A DNA stretch of 64,000 nt from Cyanophyceae cyanobacterium (GCA_050331735.1 JBHJGN010000011.1:224001-288000), one strand, 5' to 3'. Positions 1 through 11,204 are shown, counted from the first letter of the stretch. Translations and numbers: made by a program. Notes: generated by a model not told the origin, from the sequence alone.

Positions 1-206
1 TGCCGGAGAAACCCGGCGATCGGACTGGATGAAGCAAGAGGAGAAGACAGCACCAAGTTAACAGCGGGGCTACCGCTGCTGACCACTTCAGTGCGAGTCT
101 GGGAGTTGCTTGCGCTGGCGATCGCCTCAAAACCCATTGTTTGTACAAACCAATCACGCCATTTCTGAGCATCTTCAACGTAAAAGTGAATGCGGTCAAA
201 CTGCAT
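1..206 (-). CDS. hppD: 4-hydroxyphenylpyruvate dioxygenase, N-terminal part (runs off window start)
   Basis: Manual translation from ATG at 206: MQFDRIHFYVEDAQKWRDWFVQTMGFEAIASASNSQTRTEVVSSGSPAVNLVLSSPLASSSPIAGFLR, matching the cyanobacterial HPPD N-terminus (D.IHFYV.DA..W..WF...GF). Not in ORF track. Confidence 0.8.
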   Translation of the reverse strand, partial: MQFDRIHFYVEDAQKWRDWFVQTMGFEAIASASNSQTRTEVVSSGSPAVNLVLSSPLASSSPIAGFLR

Positions 207-420
207 GAGTGAGCGAAGGGGCCAATGATTCGTCGGTCAAGAGGAAAGAGTTTAACACGAGCGAGTTCGAGGAAGCCCTAACTTAAGAGGGGGTCTCCCT
301 GACCACTGCTAGTGTATCACCTTGCTTTGTCAAGAAGCAGACCCCATCAAGCATTGGGCAATAGTAGGAAGAGATTGATTAAAATTACTAAAGAGTAGTC
401 AGCATTTTAGCCGCCCATTT

Positions 421-846
421 ATGAATTATCACGTTATCTACGACGGCAACTGTAACCTTTGCGTTACCTTTACCCAACTCCTCGAGAAGTTTGATCGCGG
501 ACAGCAATTTGACTATATTCCCATGCAAAACGAGCCGATGCTGACGCAGTTCAATATTGCCCCTAGTGATTGCCAACTGGGAGTCATCTTGATCGATGCG
601 AGTGCTCCTCAGCGACGCTGGCAGGGAAGCGATGCCGTAGAGGAAATTGCCAATTTACTGCCCTTCGGAGAAGCTTTTATCGCCGCTTACCGAGCTGTTC
701 CCGGAGTGAAGTGGTTGGGCGATCGCACCTACGAGCAGGTCAGAGACAATCGCTATCGCTGGTTTGGCAAACGCGACTCTACTTATCATTCGACTTACTC
801 CATCGGATGCAGCCCTACAGGAGAATGCAATGCGACTTGGGAGTAG
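421..846 (+). CDS. DCC1-like thiol-disulfide oxidoreductase (DUF393)
   Basis: N-terminal YDGNCNLC (DxxCxxC) motif and C-terminal Y..V..NRYRWFG. Confidence 0.85.
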   Translation: MNYHVIYDGNCNLCVTFTQLLEKFDRGQQFDYIPMQNEPMLTQFNIAPSDCQLGVILIDASAPQRRWQGSDAVEEIANLLPFGEAFIAAYRAVPGVKWLGDRTYEQVRDNRYRWFGKRDSTYHSTYSIGCSPTGECNATWE

Positions 847-882
847 CTTGCTTGCTATTCCTTTGAAAAAGCGATTAGCGAG

Positions 883-1302
883 CTAGTCGTTAAATAGCTC
901 AAACACCCCTCGGCAGAAACATCTGAGTCGTTCTCCCACATCAGCGGCGGGCTGATAGCTCCCGATTAGCTGCCAGTTGTCTACTGTAGAAAGTTGCCAA
1001 GCCTGACCTTGATGATTAAATCCAGCCGTTTCAATGCCGATCAATCGACACGAGTCCTCCAGGGGATCTTGATGAAAGCGAATTTGCACCAAAATACTCC
1101 GACAATGTATGCGCTGGTTCCAGCCCGGAAAATGGAAGCCAATATCAATAGAGTCGGGGTCAACTAAATTTTGAGTCTCGGGGTCAGTTTTCCACGGCTT
1201 GAGATCGGCCTTAGTATCGGGGAACTGCGCTTTAAACAGATTAACAATGGCGGCAATTTTCGTCGTCACTTCTAGACCGTTAGCTTGTTCAGATGCATTC
1301 AC
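883..1302 (-). CDS. conserved cyanobacterial hypothetical protein
   Basis: 139-aa ORF with SD-like GAGAGAGG and globular composition (DLKPW...DPDSIDIGFHFPGW). Confidence 0.7.
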   Translation of the reverse strand: MNASEQANGLEVTTKIAAIVNLFKAQFPDTKADLKPWKTDPETQNLVDPDSIDIGFHFPGWNQRIHCRSILVQIRFHQDPLEDSCRLIGIETAGFNHQGQAWQLSTVDNWQLIGSYQPAADVGERLRCFCRGVFELFND

Positions 1303-1544
1303 TGCCTCTCTCCTCGTTGTTAAGGGTGGTTAAAGAACTGCTTAATTACTTTTTATGACAGAATGACTAAAATTACTGTATTCTTTAGCAGGATTTTAAC
1401 AAGTAGCGATTAGCCTCAAGAAAGCTGTTAGCTCTTCAGTCAAATCCAAGGCTTCTACGAACGAGCAGCCAATTGCTAACGGCTAAGAGCTAGTTGTCCA
1501 TGAAGGCATCATCAGCAGCGTATATCTGAGGATAGTAAACAGAG

Positions 1545-2387
1545 ATGACCACAACGGAACAAGTCATCGAAGTGGGAGCGCTTCAATGGTTTTATCGAGA
1601 AGCCACTCCTAACTACGAGAGCGAAAAACCCCCTGTCTTGCTGCTGCACGGGCTACCCTCCCATAGCTATATCTGGCGAGGATTGCTGCCAGAACTAGCC
1701 GAATACGGATTGAGAGCGATCGCTCCTGACTGGATCGGTTTTGGGTTCTCTGCCAAACCAGATTCTAGAGACTTTGCCTATACTCCTGATGCTTTTGAAG
1801 AGGCCCTGGCCAATTTCTTGCAGGCTTTAAACCTGACTAAGTTTTCTTTAATCGTCCAGGGGTTTTTAGGGTCAGTTGGTTTGCAGTACGCTTTAGAACA
1901 CCAAGAGCAAATCGAGCGTTTAGTCATTCTCAATACGCCTCTCTCTAAAGCGGCTAAGCTGCCCTGGCAGATGCGGCAGTGGGGATTGCCCTTTATCGGC
2001 GATATGCTCACGCAAGATCCGCTCCTGGTCGATCGGACCTTAGAAGGAGGCAGCGGATTTGTGATTGCTGATGAAAATCTAGCAGCCTATCGTCAACCCT
2101 TCTTGAAAAGTTCTGCTGCTGGACGAGCTTTAAAGGCCACCGTCAAAAATCTCAAGCTCCCTGAAGCGATGGCCAAGCTCGCATCGCAATCCTGGGAAAA
2201 TCCGACTCTCCTCGTTTGGGGGATGGCCGATCCCTGGCTCACTCCAGATGAGGCCACTCGGATGGCTAGCTCTTACTTGCAAGTAGAATTACTCAAGCTA
2301 GAAGAAGCCAAGCACTATCTCCAGGAACACTGGCTTAAAGAAATTAGCCCCGCCATTATTAATTTCCTTCGTCGCCAGGTGCTGTAG
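1545..2387 (+). CDS. alpha/beta hydrolase (haloalkane dehalogenase-like)
   Basis: LLHGLPS, APDWIGFGFS, LVWGMADP and AKHYLQE motifs. Confidence 0.85.
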   Translation: MTTTEQVIEVGALQWFYREATPNYESEKPPVLLLHGLPSHSYIWRGLLPELAEYGLRAIAPDWIGFGFSAKPDSRDFAYTPDAFEEALANFLQALNLTKFSLIVQGFLGSVGLQYALEHQEQIERLVILNTPLSKAAKLPWQMRQWGLPFIGDMLTQDPLLVDRTLEGGSGFVIADENLAAYRQPFLKSSAAGRALKATVKNLKLPEAMAKLASQSWENPTLLVWGMADPWLTPDEATRMASSYLQVELLKLEEAKHYLQEHWLKEISPAIINFLRRQVL

Positions 2388-2536
2388 TAGTTCTCACGAA
2401 TAGCAGGAAGCAGTAGACTCGTTAGTTGATTGCTGATAGTTCATTATCGAGTACCGACTTGATGCTATTTGGCAAACCGCTCTTTACTAGAGGAGGCGAT
2501 CGCCTAGGAGCAAACACAGAACCACCAATATCTCCC

Positions 2537-3292
2537 TCACGGCTCACTGTTTTCTGCCTCTTCGGGCGGTAAATCAAACAAAACGGTCGTCATGTAAGTT
2601 TCCGCCCAGTCAGGCCCAAACGCTTTTTCGAGGACGCGGCGAGTTTTATCATTCTGTTGCTGTTTGGTGCAGTAGTAACGCTGTCCGGCTAGATGCATCG
2701 CCTGCTGTTCGACGGAGACTGGTTGCGCCTGAAGTGCCTGTTGAGCGTGAATCTCAAGATAGTCCTTGACACGACTAACGAACTGGGTTTCTTCCTCTGG
2801 GCTACCAGGACGAACAAACAAACAAAAGGGTGAAAAAATATCTCCCCATGCCGGGAGTTCGCGGAGGTGGGAAAAGGACGCTGGCGGCAACGCCGTTAGA
2901 GCGTGGTGATAAGCGTCAGGAAGAGAACGTTCCGCACTGGTCGGAGAAAGATCGGCAATGGCCGCACTCACCTGCCCTCGTCCGGATACAATATCGCAGC
3001 CGAACAAGGGTAAAGCATATTCAACCCGGGGAAACATCACGCAGTGCAGAATGTCGAGGGAAGTTCCCACCTGCGCTAGTTCTAGGTGCAGCTTACGGAA
3101 CTGAGGCGTTTGATAGCAGCGATTTTCAATTCTGAGCTTTTCTCCTTCTAATCGTCCTTCAACGTAGCCTAATCCTTCCGGTAGCTGATAGGAAGAAAGG
3201 TCATACTGTTCCCAGCTAGATAAAATCGTCTTAGCAAGCTGGCGAATGAGGGGATGTAACTCTTGTTGGAGTGAGTGTGGAGTTTCTAACAT
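2537..3292 (-). CDS. pcyA: phycocyanobilin:ferredoxin oxidoreductase
   Basis: [35 protein letters not shown] and [16 protein letters not shown] motifs. ATG at 3292 preferred as start. Confidence 0.95.
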   Translation of the reverse strand: MLETPHSLQQELHPLIRQLAKTILSSWEQYDLSSYQLPEGLGYVEGRLEGEKLRIENRCYQTPQFRKLHLELAQVGTSLDILHCVMFPRVEYALPLFGCDIVSGRGQVSAAIADLSPTSAERSLPDAYHHALTALPPASFSHLRELPAWGDIFSPFCLFVRPGSPEEETQFVSRVKDYLEIHAQQALQAQPVSVEQQAMHLAGQRYYCTKQQQNDKTRRVLEKAFGPDWAETYMTTVLFDLPPEEAENSEP

Positions 3293-3395
3293 TTTCTGAA
3301 TCGGGATTCTTTGGCAAATTGCCTGCACTTCTTAAGTTAACGGTATACTAAGACTAACGATATTATCGCGTAGTGAGATGCGCGATCGCATACCT

Positions 3396-3575
3396 ATGTT
3401 TGGTTTAGGATGGCCAGAAGTCGCCATCATTGGCGTTGTTGCCTTACTTATCTTTGGTCCCAAGAAGATTCCCGAAGTAGGTAGCTCTTTGGGCAAAACC
3501 CTCCGCGGCTTTAGGGAAGAGATGAACAATCCTTCTGAAGAAGAGTCTGAAGCAGACCGGGCTGAAGAAGGTTAA
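3396..3575 (+). CDS. tatA: Tat translocase subunit TatA/E
   Basis: MFGLGWPEVAII..ALLIFGPKKIPEVGSSLGKTLRGFREE. Confidence 0.93.
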   Translation: MFGLGWPEVAIIGVVALLIFGPKKIPEVGSSLGKTLRGFREEMNNPSEEESEADRAEEG

Positions 3576-3739
3576 GGTTGCTCGGAACCGTAGTGCTGAG
3601 TCTGAACTCAGAATATAGAGGCCCAAAAGACGATTAGCAGGAAGCTTGATAGCAAGTCTGTCATGGAGCCTTACGAATAGGGAATACTGGGATGAAGGTC
3701 AGCCCGCCTCCTAAAATAGCAAGCAAAAGGCGAGCAGAA

Positions 3740-4954
3740 TCAAGAGCCTTGCTTAATCGCGGCTTCATAGCGCTGACCAAGGCTTTCCCAAGTGTAGTTT
3801 TCTTCAATCAGCCGCCGCCCATTCTTAGAGAGTTTTTGTCTGAGTTCTGGACTTTCAAACAGTTCACTAATTTTATCAACGTATTCGGGAACGGTATTAG
3901 CTCGCAACGCTCTTAACGGAACTTTTGAGGTATCCACTTCCACCCCCTCTAAACCGCGATCGCTCGCTACTAAAGGAACGCCCGCCGCCATTGCTTCCAA
4001 GGTTTTGTTTTTAATGCCGAATCCTGAACGCATCGGAACAACACACACGGTTGCCTGATGAAGATAAGTAACCATTGATGGAACCCGACCCGTTACCGTT
4101 ATCCCGGGTTTTTGGGCTAAGTCCTGTACCGCAGCAGAGGGATTACCACCCACAATACTCAGGGTAGCGTTCGGATATTGAGCCTGGAGTTGAGGCAGCA
4201 CTGCCAACGCAAAGAAACAAGCCGCATCAATGTTCACAACATAATCCATGCCGCCTGTAATAATGAGGTGATATCCCCCCGGGTCGGCTCTACGGAAGGG
4301 AAAAACGGTTAAATCTACCCCATTCGGAATTACTGCGAGCGAATTAGAAGCAGATAGTTTGTGAATGTGCTGGCGATCTTCTGCGGTTGTCACCACTAAA
4401 GCAGAAAATTTGCTGTAAACTCGCTGTTCATATCGTTTGAGTAAGGGAAGATACAGGCGATCGCGCCAAGGAGTCTCAGAAAGACGGTTCGCTAGCTGAT
4501 TTTTGCAGGTTTGATAGGCAGAACTATGGATGTTAATGACCGTCGTTACCTGTTGTTTCCAGTGAGGACGAATGTAAATTTCATTGGCGCTGTGTTCGCA
4601 GGTGATCGCATTGTAGTGTCCCGAGGCGATCGCCCGATCTAACCAGTCCTGCATTTCCCAAACGTATAAGTAGCGCACATTAGGGGGAGTTCCTTCCCAG
4701 GCAAAAGCTCCTAAGCGCCCTATTTTACTCAAGATGTTGGTTGATACTTCAACGGGTTGTGAAAAAACGACCAAAGTATTAACGATTTTCCGTAATGCAT
4801 CGATTTCTTGAGGCGTAACATCTTTGGACGGGAGAGTAACGAGAGTGACCTCATGTCTTTGGCTCAGATATTTCACAAAGTTAAAGGTTCTCACCTGCGT
4901 TCCCCCTTTGGAGGGAGGATAAGGAAACGTCACCGAAAGCATTAAAATTTTCAT
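3740..4954 (-). CDS. glycosyltransferase family 4
   Basis: PYPPSKGGTQVR, VIPNGVD and GFGIKNKTLEAMAAGVP motifs. Confidence 0.9.
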   Translation of the reverse strand: MKILMLSVTFPYPPSKGGTQVRTFNFVKYLSQRHEVTLVTLPSKDVTPQEIDALRKIVNTLVVFSQPVEVSTNILSKIGRLGAFAWEGTPPNVRYLYVWEMQDWLDRAIASGHYNAITCEHSANEIYIRPHWKQQVTTVINIHSSAYQTCKNQLANRLSETPWRDRLYLPLLKRYEQRVYSKFSALVVTTAEDRQHIHKLSASNSLAVIPNGVDLTVFPFRRADPGGYHLIITGGMDYVVNIDAACFFALAVLPQLQAQYPNATLSIVGGNPSAAVQDLAQKPGITVTGRVPSMVTYLHQATVCVVPMRSGFGIKNKTLEAMAAGVPLVASDRGLEGVEVDTSKVPLRALRANTVPEYVDKISELFESPELRQKLSKNGRRLIEENYTWESLGQRYEAAIKQGS

Positions 4955-5065
4955 GATGAGCCAATAAAAGAACAAACTTAGATAAGTATGAGAAAAGCAT
5001 CAACCTGGCAAAATTGATAGCTCAGATAAATTTGTTCATAACATTTGGTTAACTCAGTTTCCTCG

Positions 5066-6703
5066 CTAACTTTGAAAATTCTGATGGTTTACTTGCCAAA
5101 CATTAGAAATTCTCGATTGTGGATCGCTAAATAGCGGAGATAAATTCCACTCTGGTGCTTTTTCCAATCTTTGTATTGAGTCTGAGGAAGGTTTGAACAA
5201 AATAACCTCGCTAAACCGCTGGGGCGAATCCTCGTTGGTATTTTCTTCTAGTAGCTCCAACAGTGGTGGGCGGTCAATATGAGCAGAAACGTTATCATGC
5301 AGCAAATAGCTCATGGTTAAGGCATCTCCGCTATCGTTAAAGATAACCAATGGCCGCTCAAACTGATTGATTCTCTGAGCAATCTTCGGAAAGTCGGGCG
5401 AACCGAATGCCGACCAAGATTCAGCTTTAGTGATGATTCCACCAGAAAAAATCCCCCCGACAATTAGAAGAGTAAGTACGACTTCGCCCCCTCTTTTTTT
5501 CCATTTAGGAACACCCGTTTCAATCTGAGTAAATAAATAGCAAATAACGGCTAACTCTATGCCTAAAACGTAGGGAATCATATAGCGAAGGCGAGTTGAA
5601 AAGCTATTGCCCGTCAAGACATCTCTAGCCATTAATGAACACCCACCTAAAATAATAAACGCTAGTATTAAAATACGACTCTTAGAATTGATCAGTGAAG
5701 AGCGACAAACAAAATAAATCGAGAGTAACATTAACAGTAAAATCAGAGGGGTATAAAGGCGCTGAACCGTTTGAAAGTTTTGAGTAAAGTCTCTCCAAGG
5801 ATCGTTAAAATGAACAAAAATTGTCGGGATCTGTACGATCCAAGTTCTTAATAAGTCCGTAAAAGACAGGTTGGCAGCAGCCGGTTGTGCCACTGAATAT
5901 TCGAATAATCCTGGCCTGGTTATCCACTTAATAAACCACGGCAAAAATGCTCCCACCCCAATAGCTAGAGCAACCACAAATGATCTTAAGCGTTTAGTAA
6001 TCCGAAATTTTTCTATGAAAACGACAAAGACCACTTGTGCTATTAACCCAAATTCAAAAAGCAAGTGGGAGTAGAGACCAAAAGCAACATTAACTGCATA
6101 CAGTCCCCAATTTTTCCAGTTATTTAATCGCAATGCCCTCAGCAAAGATGCGCTAGATAGCAAGGTGGTAGCCGTTGTTAAACTATAAGTCCTCACGATT
6201 TGAGCATACTGAAGATGATAAGGGGAAATGGCGAGTATGGCTGTGCCTATTAAAGCCAGCTTTTTTGAACCCGACAATTCCCAGCAGAGCCAATACATTC
6301 CCACGAAAGAGAGCAGACTAATCAAGCTAGATAAGCTACGAGTAATTAAGGCGGGGCTGACTGAATCATCTAACCACAATCGACTCCAGATCTGCATGAG
6401 AATAGCATATAGAGGAGGAAAAACGTAAGGAACATCGATTAGTCTGTACACCCCGTCAACTAAATTTTCCTCGGGATCGAGTTTCTGAAAATTTTGTAAC
6501 TCTTTGATAGGAATTACTTGCTCGTAGATTCCTGATTCTTCTAAGTTGTGCCCAAAAATGTAAGTGGTGCTGAACGTTTCATCTAAAGAGTATAGTTTTT
6601 GATCTAAGTTGGAAAACCGAAAAATAACTCCCAAGATAATGGCAACAATCAGCAGGATTGTCAAAAAGCGGGGAAATGTTCGTTCTTTAATGTCGGTGTT
6701 CAT
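5066..6703 (-). CDS. GT-C fold membrane glycosyltransferase (GT39/PMT-like)
   Basis: N-terminal TM then DE motif (YSLDETFS), FPPLY, SPYHLQYAQIVRTYSL, many TM helices. Confidence 0.8.
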   Translation of the reverse strand: MNTDIKERTFPRFLTILLIVAIILGVIFRFSNLDQKLYSLDETFSTTYIFGHNLEESGIYEQVIPIKELQNFQKLDPEENLVDGVYRLIDVPYVFPPLYAILMQIWSRLWLDDSVSPALITRSLSSLISLLSFVGMYWLCWELSGSKKLALIGTAILAISPYHLQYAQIVRTYSLTTATTLLSSASLLRALRLNNWKNWGLYAVNVAFGLYSHLLFEFGLIAQVVFVVFIEKFRITKRLRSFVVALAIGVGAFLPWFIKWITRPGLFEYSVAQPAAANLSFTDLLRTWIVQIPTIFVHFNDPWRDFTQNFQTVQRLYTPLILLLMLLSIYFVCRSSLINSKSRILILAFIILGGCSLMARDVLTGNSFSTRLRYMIPYVLGIELAVICYLFTQIETGVPKWKKRGGEVVLTLLIVGGIFSGGIITKAESWSAFGSPDFPKIAQRINQFERPLVIFNDSGDALTMSYLLHDNVSAHIDRPPLLELLEENTNEDSPQRFSEVILFKPSSDSIQRLEKAPEWNLSPLFSDPQSRISNVWQVNHQNFQS

Positions 6704-6854
6704 GACGGTTTTGTCGCCGGTAGTGAGCAGGGATATTCTTCTAGGAAGCAGCGACTCTACTAGTTAATGAAATGTCCCACAACATCTTTTTATGAAGGCT
6801 TGTTCTTGATGAGCTACTGATGCAGAGTGGGAGACGCATACAGCAGCAAGCCTT

Positions 6855-7814
6855 TCATCTCGAGTTCAGGCTGGCTTCCACCATCATTTTGACAATCTCC
6901 GGCATTTGGTACCGAGCCTGCCACCCCAATTTCGCTCGCGCTTTAGCGGGGTTGCCGCGGCTAATTGCCAATTCTGTGGGACGCAGAAGACTCGCATCGG
7001 TATCAACATGGTCTTGCCAGTCTAGCCCAACGCACTCAAAGGCTCTCGCCACAAACTCAGCCAGAGAGTAGCTGGTTCCGGTGGCAATTGCATAATCATC
7101 GGGCTGTTCCTGCTGGAGCATTCGATACATGGCTTCAACGTACTCAGGGGCCCAGCCCCAGTCTCGCTCGATGGAAATATTGCCTAAATGAAGCTTTTCC
7201 GGGCTACCCTGAGCGATGCGGCAGGCCGTAGCCACAATTTTCTGCGTGACAAATCGTTGGGGTCTGAGGGGAGATTCGTGGTTAAAGAGAATGCCCGAAC
7301 AGGCAAAGAGGCCGTAAGCCTCTCGGTAATTAGCTACTTCCCAAAAAGCAGCGGATTTTGCCACTGCATAGGGGCTGCGAGGACGGAAGGGAGTCGTTTC
7401 ATCGGCAGCGCGATCGCCAATATCCCCAAAACATTCGCTCGAGCCGGCATTGTAAAACTTAATGGGCGCTCCCGTAAAGCGAATCGCTTCTAGAAAATTG
7501 AGCGTCCCGATGGTAATACTTTCTAGGGTCTCCACGGGTTGTTCAAACGACAGCCCTACCGAACTCTGTCCAGCCAAATTATACACTTCATCTGGCTCAA
7601 TCTTCTTCAAGACCTGAAGCACACTGCGAAAATCGTTGAGCGCCATGGATTCTAGCTTTATCCGGTCGCGGATGCCCAAGCGCCTTAACTTCTCAAAAGA
7701 CGACATCTGAGCATCCCGCGACGTGCCACAAACCAAATATCCTTTTTCTAACAGAAACCTTGCTAAATAAGAGCCATCTTGGCCAGATATTCCACAAATT
7801 AGTGCTTTTTTCAT
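6855..7814 (-). CDS. gmd: GDP-mannose 4,6-dehydratase
   Basis: GISGQDGSYL, YNLAGQSSV, SPYAVAK and ILFNHESPLR motifs. Confidence 0.92.
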   Translation of the reverse strand: MKKALICGISGQDGSYLARFLLEKGYLVCGTSRDAQMSSFEKLRRLGIRDRIKLESMALNDFRSVLQVLKKIEPDEVYNLAGQSSVGLSFEQPVETLESITIGTLNFLEAIRFTGAPIKFYNAGSSECFGDIGDRAADETTPFRPRSPYAVAKSAAFWEVANYREAYGLFACSGILFNHESPLRPQRFVTQKIVATACRIAQGSPEKLHLGNISIERDWGWAPEYVEAMYRMLQQEQPDDYAIATGTSYSLAEFVARAFECVGLDWQDHVDTDASLLRPTELAISRGNPAKARAKLGWQARYQMPEIVKMMVEASLNSR

Positions 7815-7877
7815 CTGTTATTGCCCAATCTTGATTTTGCTTGGAATAACAAACCTGTTTGTCGGACAGAAATTGCG

Positions 7878-8813
7878 TTAACGTTTTTGCCATTTTGGCA
7901 TTCCCATCCAGTTTTGAACAACCGCACTCAGATAACCAATTTGACCGTAGGCGTAGGCAAAATTATCAAAGCGCTGAGCTGGATTGGGAAAATACTTTAG
8001 GGATTTGTACAGTCCCCGCACTAATCGTTCTCCACCGCGACTTAACTGGCCGACCCCGGTCTGACCAGCAATTTCTTCTCGGTAACACTCGCTAATGCCT
8101 TGCCACCAGCTACGTTCTAAGAACCATTTAGGACTCAGCCGTTCTGGTGCGACGTTATGAGCCGCCAGAGCATCAGGCAGATAAGCAACCTGCCATTTCT
8201 GTTTGAGCGCTAACTCTGTCATATACAGTTCTTCGTTGGAGAGCAAGATATTGCCCACTCTGCCCAAATTTGGGTCGAAGCCGCCAATTTTGTCTAGAAA
8301 CGTGCGGCGAATAGCATAGTTTAATCCTCTCGGGGTTAATCCTGGCTGCTCAATATAGACAACCGCCTCTCCGAGGTCGTAAGCACCTAACCCTTGGGCT
8401 AAATCTGTGGAAATCCAGTTAGGTGCGGAGATTCCTTCGGGCCAGATTAACGTGACTTTCCCACCTGCAACAGCTAGTTTATCATTTTGCTGAAAGGCAT
8501 CAACCAAAACTCTCAACCACTGAGGGCTGGCTACGGCATCATCATCTAAGTAGGCCAGAATAGGAGCGGTGGTTTCTTTGGCTCCGCGATTGCGGGCCAC
8601 CGACAGTCCTGTAACGGGTTCGTAGATGTACTTTAAGCAGGGGTGAGGAAAGCGAGCCTCCACCACTTCCCGCGTTCGGTCTTGAGAAGCATTATCCACG
8701 ACCACCACCTCATAGTTAGCAGTATCTTGATTCAGTAAACTATCGATAGCAGCTCCTAGATAAGAATCGCGGTTGTGGGTACAGATAATAGCGGCGATCG
8801 TCGGTTCTGACAT
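7878..8813 (-). CDS. glycosyltransferase family 2
   Basis: IICTHNR, VVVDNAS, GLSVARN and YLDDD motifs. Confidence 0.9.
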   Translation of the reverse strand: MSEPTIAAIICTHNRDSYLGAAIDSLLNQDTANYEVVVVDNASQDRTREVVEARFPHPCLKYIYEPVTGLSVARNRGAKETTAPILAYLDDDAVASPQWLRVLVDAFQQNDKLAVAGGKVTLIWPEGISAPNWISTDLAQGLGAYDLGEAVVYIEQPGLTPRGLNYAIRRTFLDKIGGFDPNLGRVGNILLSNEELYMTELALKQKWQVAYLPDALAAHNVAPERLSPKWFLERSWWQGISECYREEIAGQTGVGQLSRGGERLVRGLYKSLKYFPNPAQRFDNFAYAYGQIGYLSAVVQNWMGMPKWQKR

Positions 8814-9457
8814 AGATTGTAACGGCGGCTAGCAGCGAATTTACTGATAAACACTAAACAGAGCTATCTTTACAATTTTCGGTTTGTCTAGTTATCCTGG
8901 CTTTAAAACTGAGCTGAGACACTATTTTATCAAGTCTGATTAATAATGCACACCCAGATTTTACGAGATAATTACTGTGGCGATCGCTTTTTAATAATGG
9001 TTGATGGTTAATAGTCTCGTTCTGAATACGACGATATTTTTTTTTATGAGGAAGTGCTTGATGTAGCGGTCCTCATTCTAACGAAGTATGGTTTTAGTAC
9101 TTCATTTTTTTTCGATGGTTTATAGTGCATTGCTTTTTGAATGCGACAAATTTTCTCTCAATGATTCAAAAAAAGTCGTAGATTTATTGTGACTGTAAAC
9201 CGATAAAAATTAGTTAAGGTAAAAGCGTTTTATGACCGTTACTAGCTTGAAAAATATACGGTGGCAACCAGAGCTTTACCCATCTATTTCTATTGCTGTT
9301 ACTGCAAAAAATATATGGTTCGCTTGTCTACAAAAATTTTTAGAAACTACAATAAACAAAAGCGTTCTAGACAAAAAACTATTAACAATCGACAATCAGC
9401 AAAACACTATGACCCTAAGACTATACTGCCTTAAAGTGAAAACCGCTATCAACTAAG

Positions 9458-10450
9458 ATGACAATGCCTAAAGTTAGCATCTGCATTCCTACCTACAATC
9501 GCGCTCATTTTCTGGCTTATGCCGTAGACAGCGTTTTTAAGCAATCCTACTCAGATTTTGAGCTGATTATTTGTGACGATGGTTCTCCCGATCGCACTCC
9601 TGAACTGGTGCAGCAATGGCACGACGATCGCCTTCACTATATCCGTCATCCTCAAAATATCGGGCGCAGTCGCAATATGCGCTCTGGATTTGAGGCGGCG
9701 AAAGGGGAATACTTTATTAAGTTCGATGATGACGATGCACTCACTCCAGACTTTCTGGAAAAAACCGTCGCAGTGTTGGAGACTAAACCAGACATAGATT
9801 TTGTCTGTACCGACCACTGGATTATCGATGGCCAAGGCAATAGAGATGAGTCGGCGACGAGAGAAAATTCGGTTCGCTGGGGCAAGGATCAGCTTCAAGG
9901 AGAGGTAAGCGACCTGATTGAGCAAACGTTTCAGCAGCAGAGTTTACAGGTGGGATCGACCCTGTTCCGTCGCGCCTGTTTGAAAGAGGTGGACTACATG
10001 CGCCCGCAAGCCGACGGCTGCGAGGACTTTGATTTACTGGTGCGGTTGGCGATCGCTGAGAAAAAAGCCTATTTCCTGCCAGAATTCTTGATGGAGTACC
10101 GCTTTCACGGCGGGCAAACTAGCTTGAAACAAAATCTACACTTTCTTTCGGCTAAGCTTTTCTGTATCGACAGCTATCGGTTTCCCACTCAAAAATTAGA
10201 AGAACTCCGCCTGCGTAAGTTAGCCGGAACGAAACAGGATTTAGGCTTGCGACTGATTGAAACAGGCGAGTCTCAACGAGGGCGTAGATTACTACAAGAA
10301 TCAACGCAGGTACTCGGTAACTCCCGCCGTGCCTCGCTGGGAGTGCTGTTATCTTACTTGCCAATGGAATTGCGTCAGAGGTTACTGGCGAGTTTTCGTC
10401 AGGTTCGAGAGAAAGACTATACCGAAAAAGTACGACTTAAGACGGGATAA
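9458..10450 (+). CDS. glycosyltransferase family 2
   Basis: VSICIPTYNR, ICDDGS, KFDDDD and EDFDL motifs. Confidence 0.9.
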   Translation: MTMPKVSICIPTYNRAHFLAYAVDSVFKQSYSDFELIICDDGSPDRTPELVQQWHDDRLHYIRHPQNIGRSRNMRSGFEAAKGEYFIKFDDDDALTPDFLEKTVAVLETKPDIDFVCTDHWIIDGQGNRDESATRENSVRWGKDQLQGEVSDLIEQTFQQQSLQVGSTLFRRACLKEVDYMRPQADGCEDFDLLVRLAIAEKKAYFLPEFLMEYRFHGGQTSLKQNLHFLSAKLFCIDSYRFPTQKLEELRLRKLAGTKQDLGLRLIETGESQRGRRLLQESTQVLGNSRRASLGVLLSYLPMELRQRLLASFRQVREKDYTEKVRLKTG

Positions 10451-10661
10451 GAAAATTCGCTAATCGGAGTTAATGGCTCTAAGAACAGGAAAATGGCTTT
10501 TATCCTCAAAATTGGTTCGATATAAGCAACGAATCACTGAGTCTGACTTGAATGATAAGATTAATGTCTTCCTAGCTAGCTCAATAGTGCAAAAGTAACT
10601 TTTTAGTGAAAGTAACGGAAACACAGTGTAGGATGCGTAGGAAGTGCGAACAAGATGATTC

Positions 10662-11204
10662 ATGAACGCGATTTCAACGAAAATTCCTGATGTTTTGATT
10701 ATTGAACCTCAAGTTTATGGAGACGAACGGGGGTTCTTTTACGAGAGTTACAACGAGCGAGCGTTTATCGAGAAAACAGGCGTGACGGCTCATTTTGTCC
10801 AGGATAATCACTCTCGTTCTGCTCATAACGTTCTGCGCGGGTTACATTATCAAATTCAGCAGCCACAGGGAAAGTTAGTGCGCGTCGTTGTCGGTGAAGT
10901 ATTCGACGTGGCGGTAGATATCCGCAAAGGTTCGCCCACTTTTGGGCAGTGGGAGAGTTGTTTGCTGAGTGCGGAGAACAAGCGACAGTTTTGGGTTCCT
11001 CCTGGTTTTGCCCACGGCTTCTTAGTGGTGTCCGAGGTGGCTGAATTTTTGTACAAAACCACCGATTATTACGCCCCGCAGTACGAACGAACGATTCTTT
11101 GGAACGATCCCGATTTAGCGATCGCCTGGCCCACCCAAGAACCAGTATTGTCGAATAAAGACCAGGCAGGCAAACTGTTGAAAGAGGCGGAGGTATTTGC
11201 ATGA
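10662..11204 (+). CDS. rfbC: dTDP-4-dehydrorhamnose 3,5-epimerase
   Basis: GDERGFFYE, VQDNHSRS, LRGLHYQ and PPGFAHGF motifs. Confidence 0.96.
   Translation: MNAISTKIPDVLIIEPQVYGDERGFFYESYNERAFIEKTGVTAHFVQDNHSRSAHNVLRGLHYQIQQPQGKLVRVVVGEVFDVAVDIRKGSPTFGQWESCLLSAENKRQFWVPPGFAHGFLVVSEVAEFLYKTTDYYAPQYERTILWNDPDLAIAWPTQEPVLSNKDQAGKLLKEAEVFA

Noticed and set aside
207..320. Structured leader or riboswitch upstream of hppD
   Set aside because: Only a weak GGTCAGGG/CTCTTGACC pairing and no match to an aptamer I recognise
9232..9456. 74-aa ORF upstream of the GT2 gene
   Set aside because: Lies in a very AT-rich divergent promoter region, TTG/ATG context is weak, and no motif is recognisable
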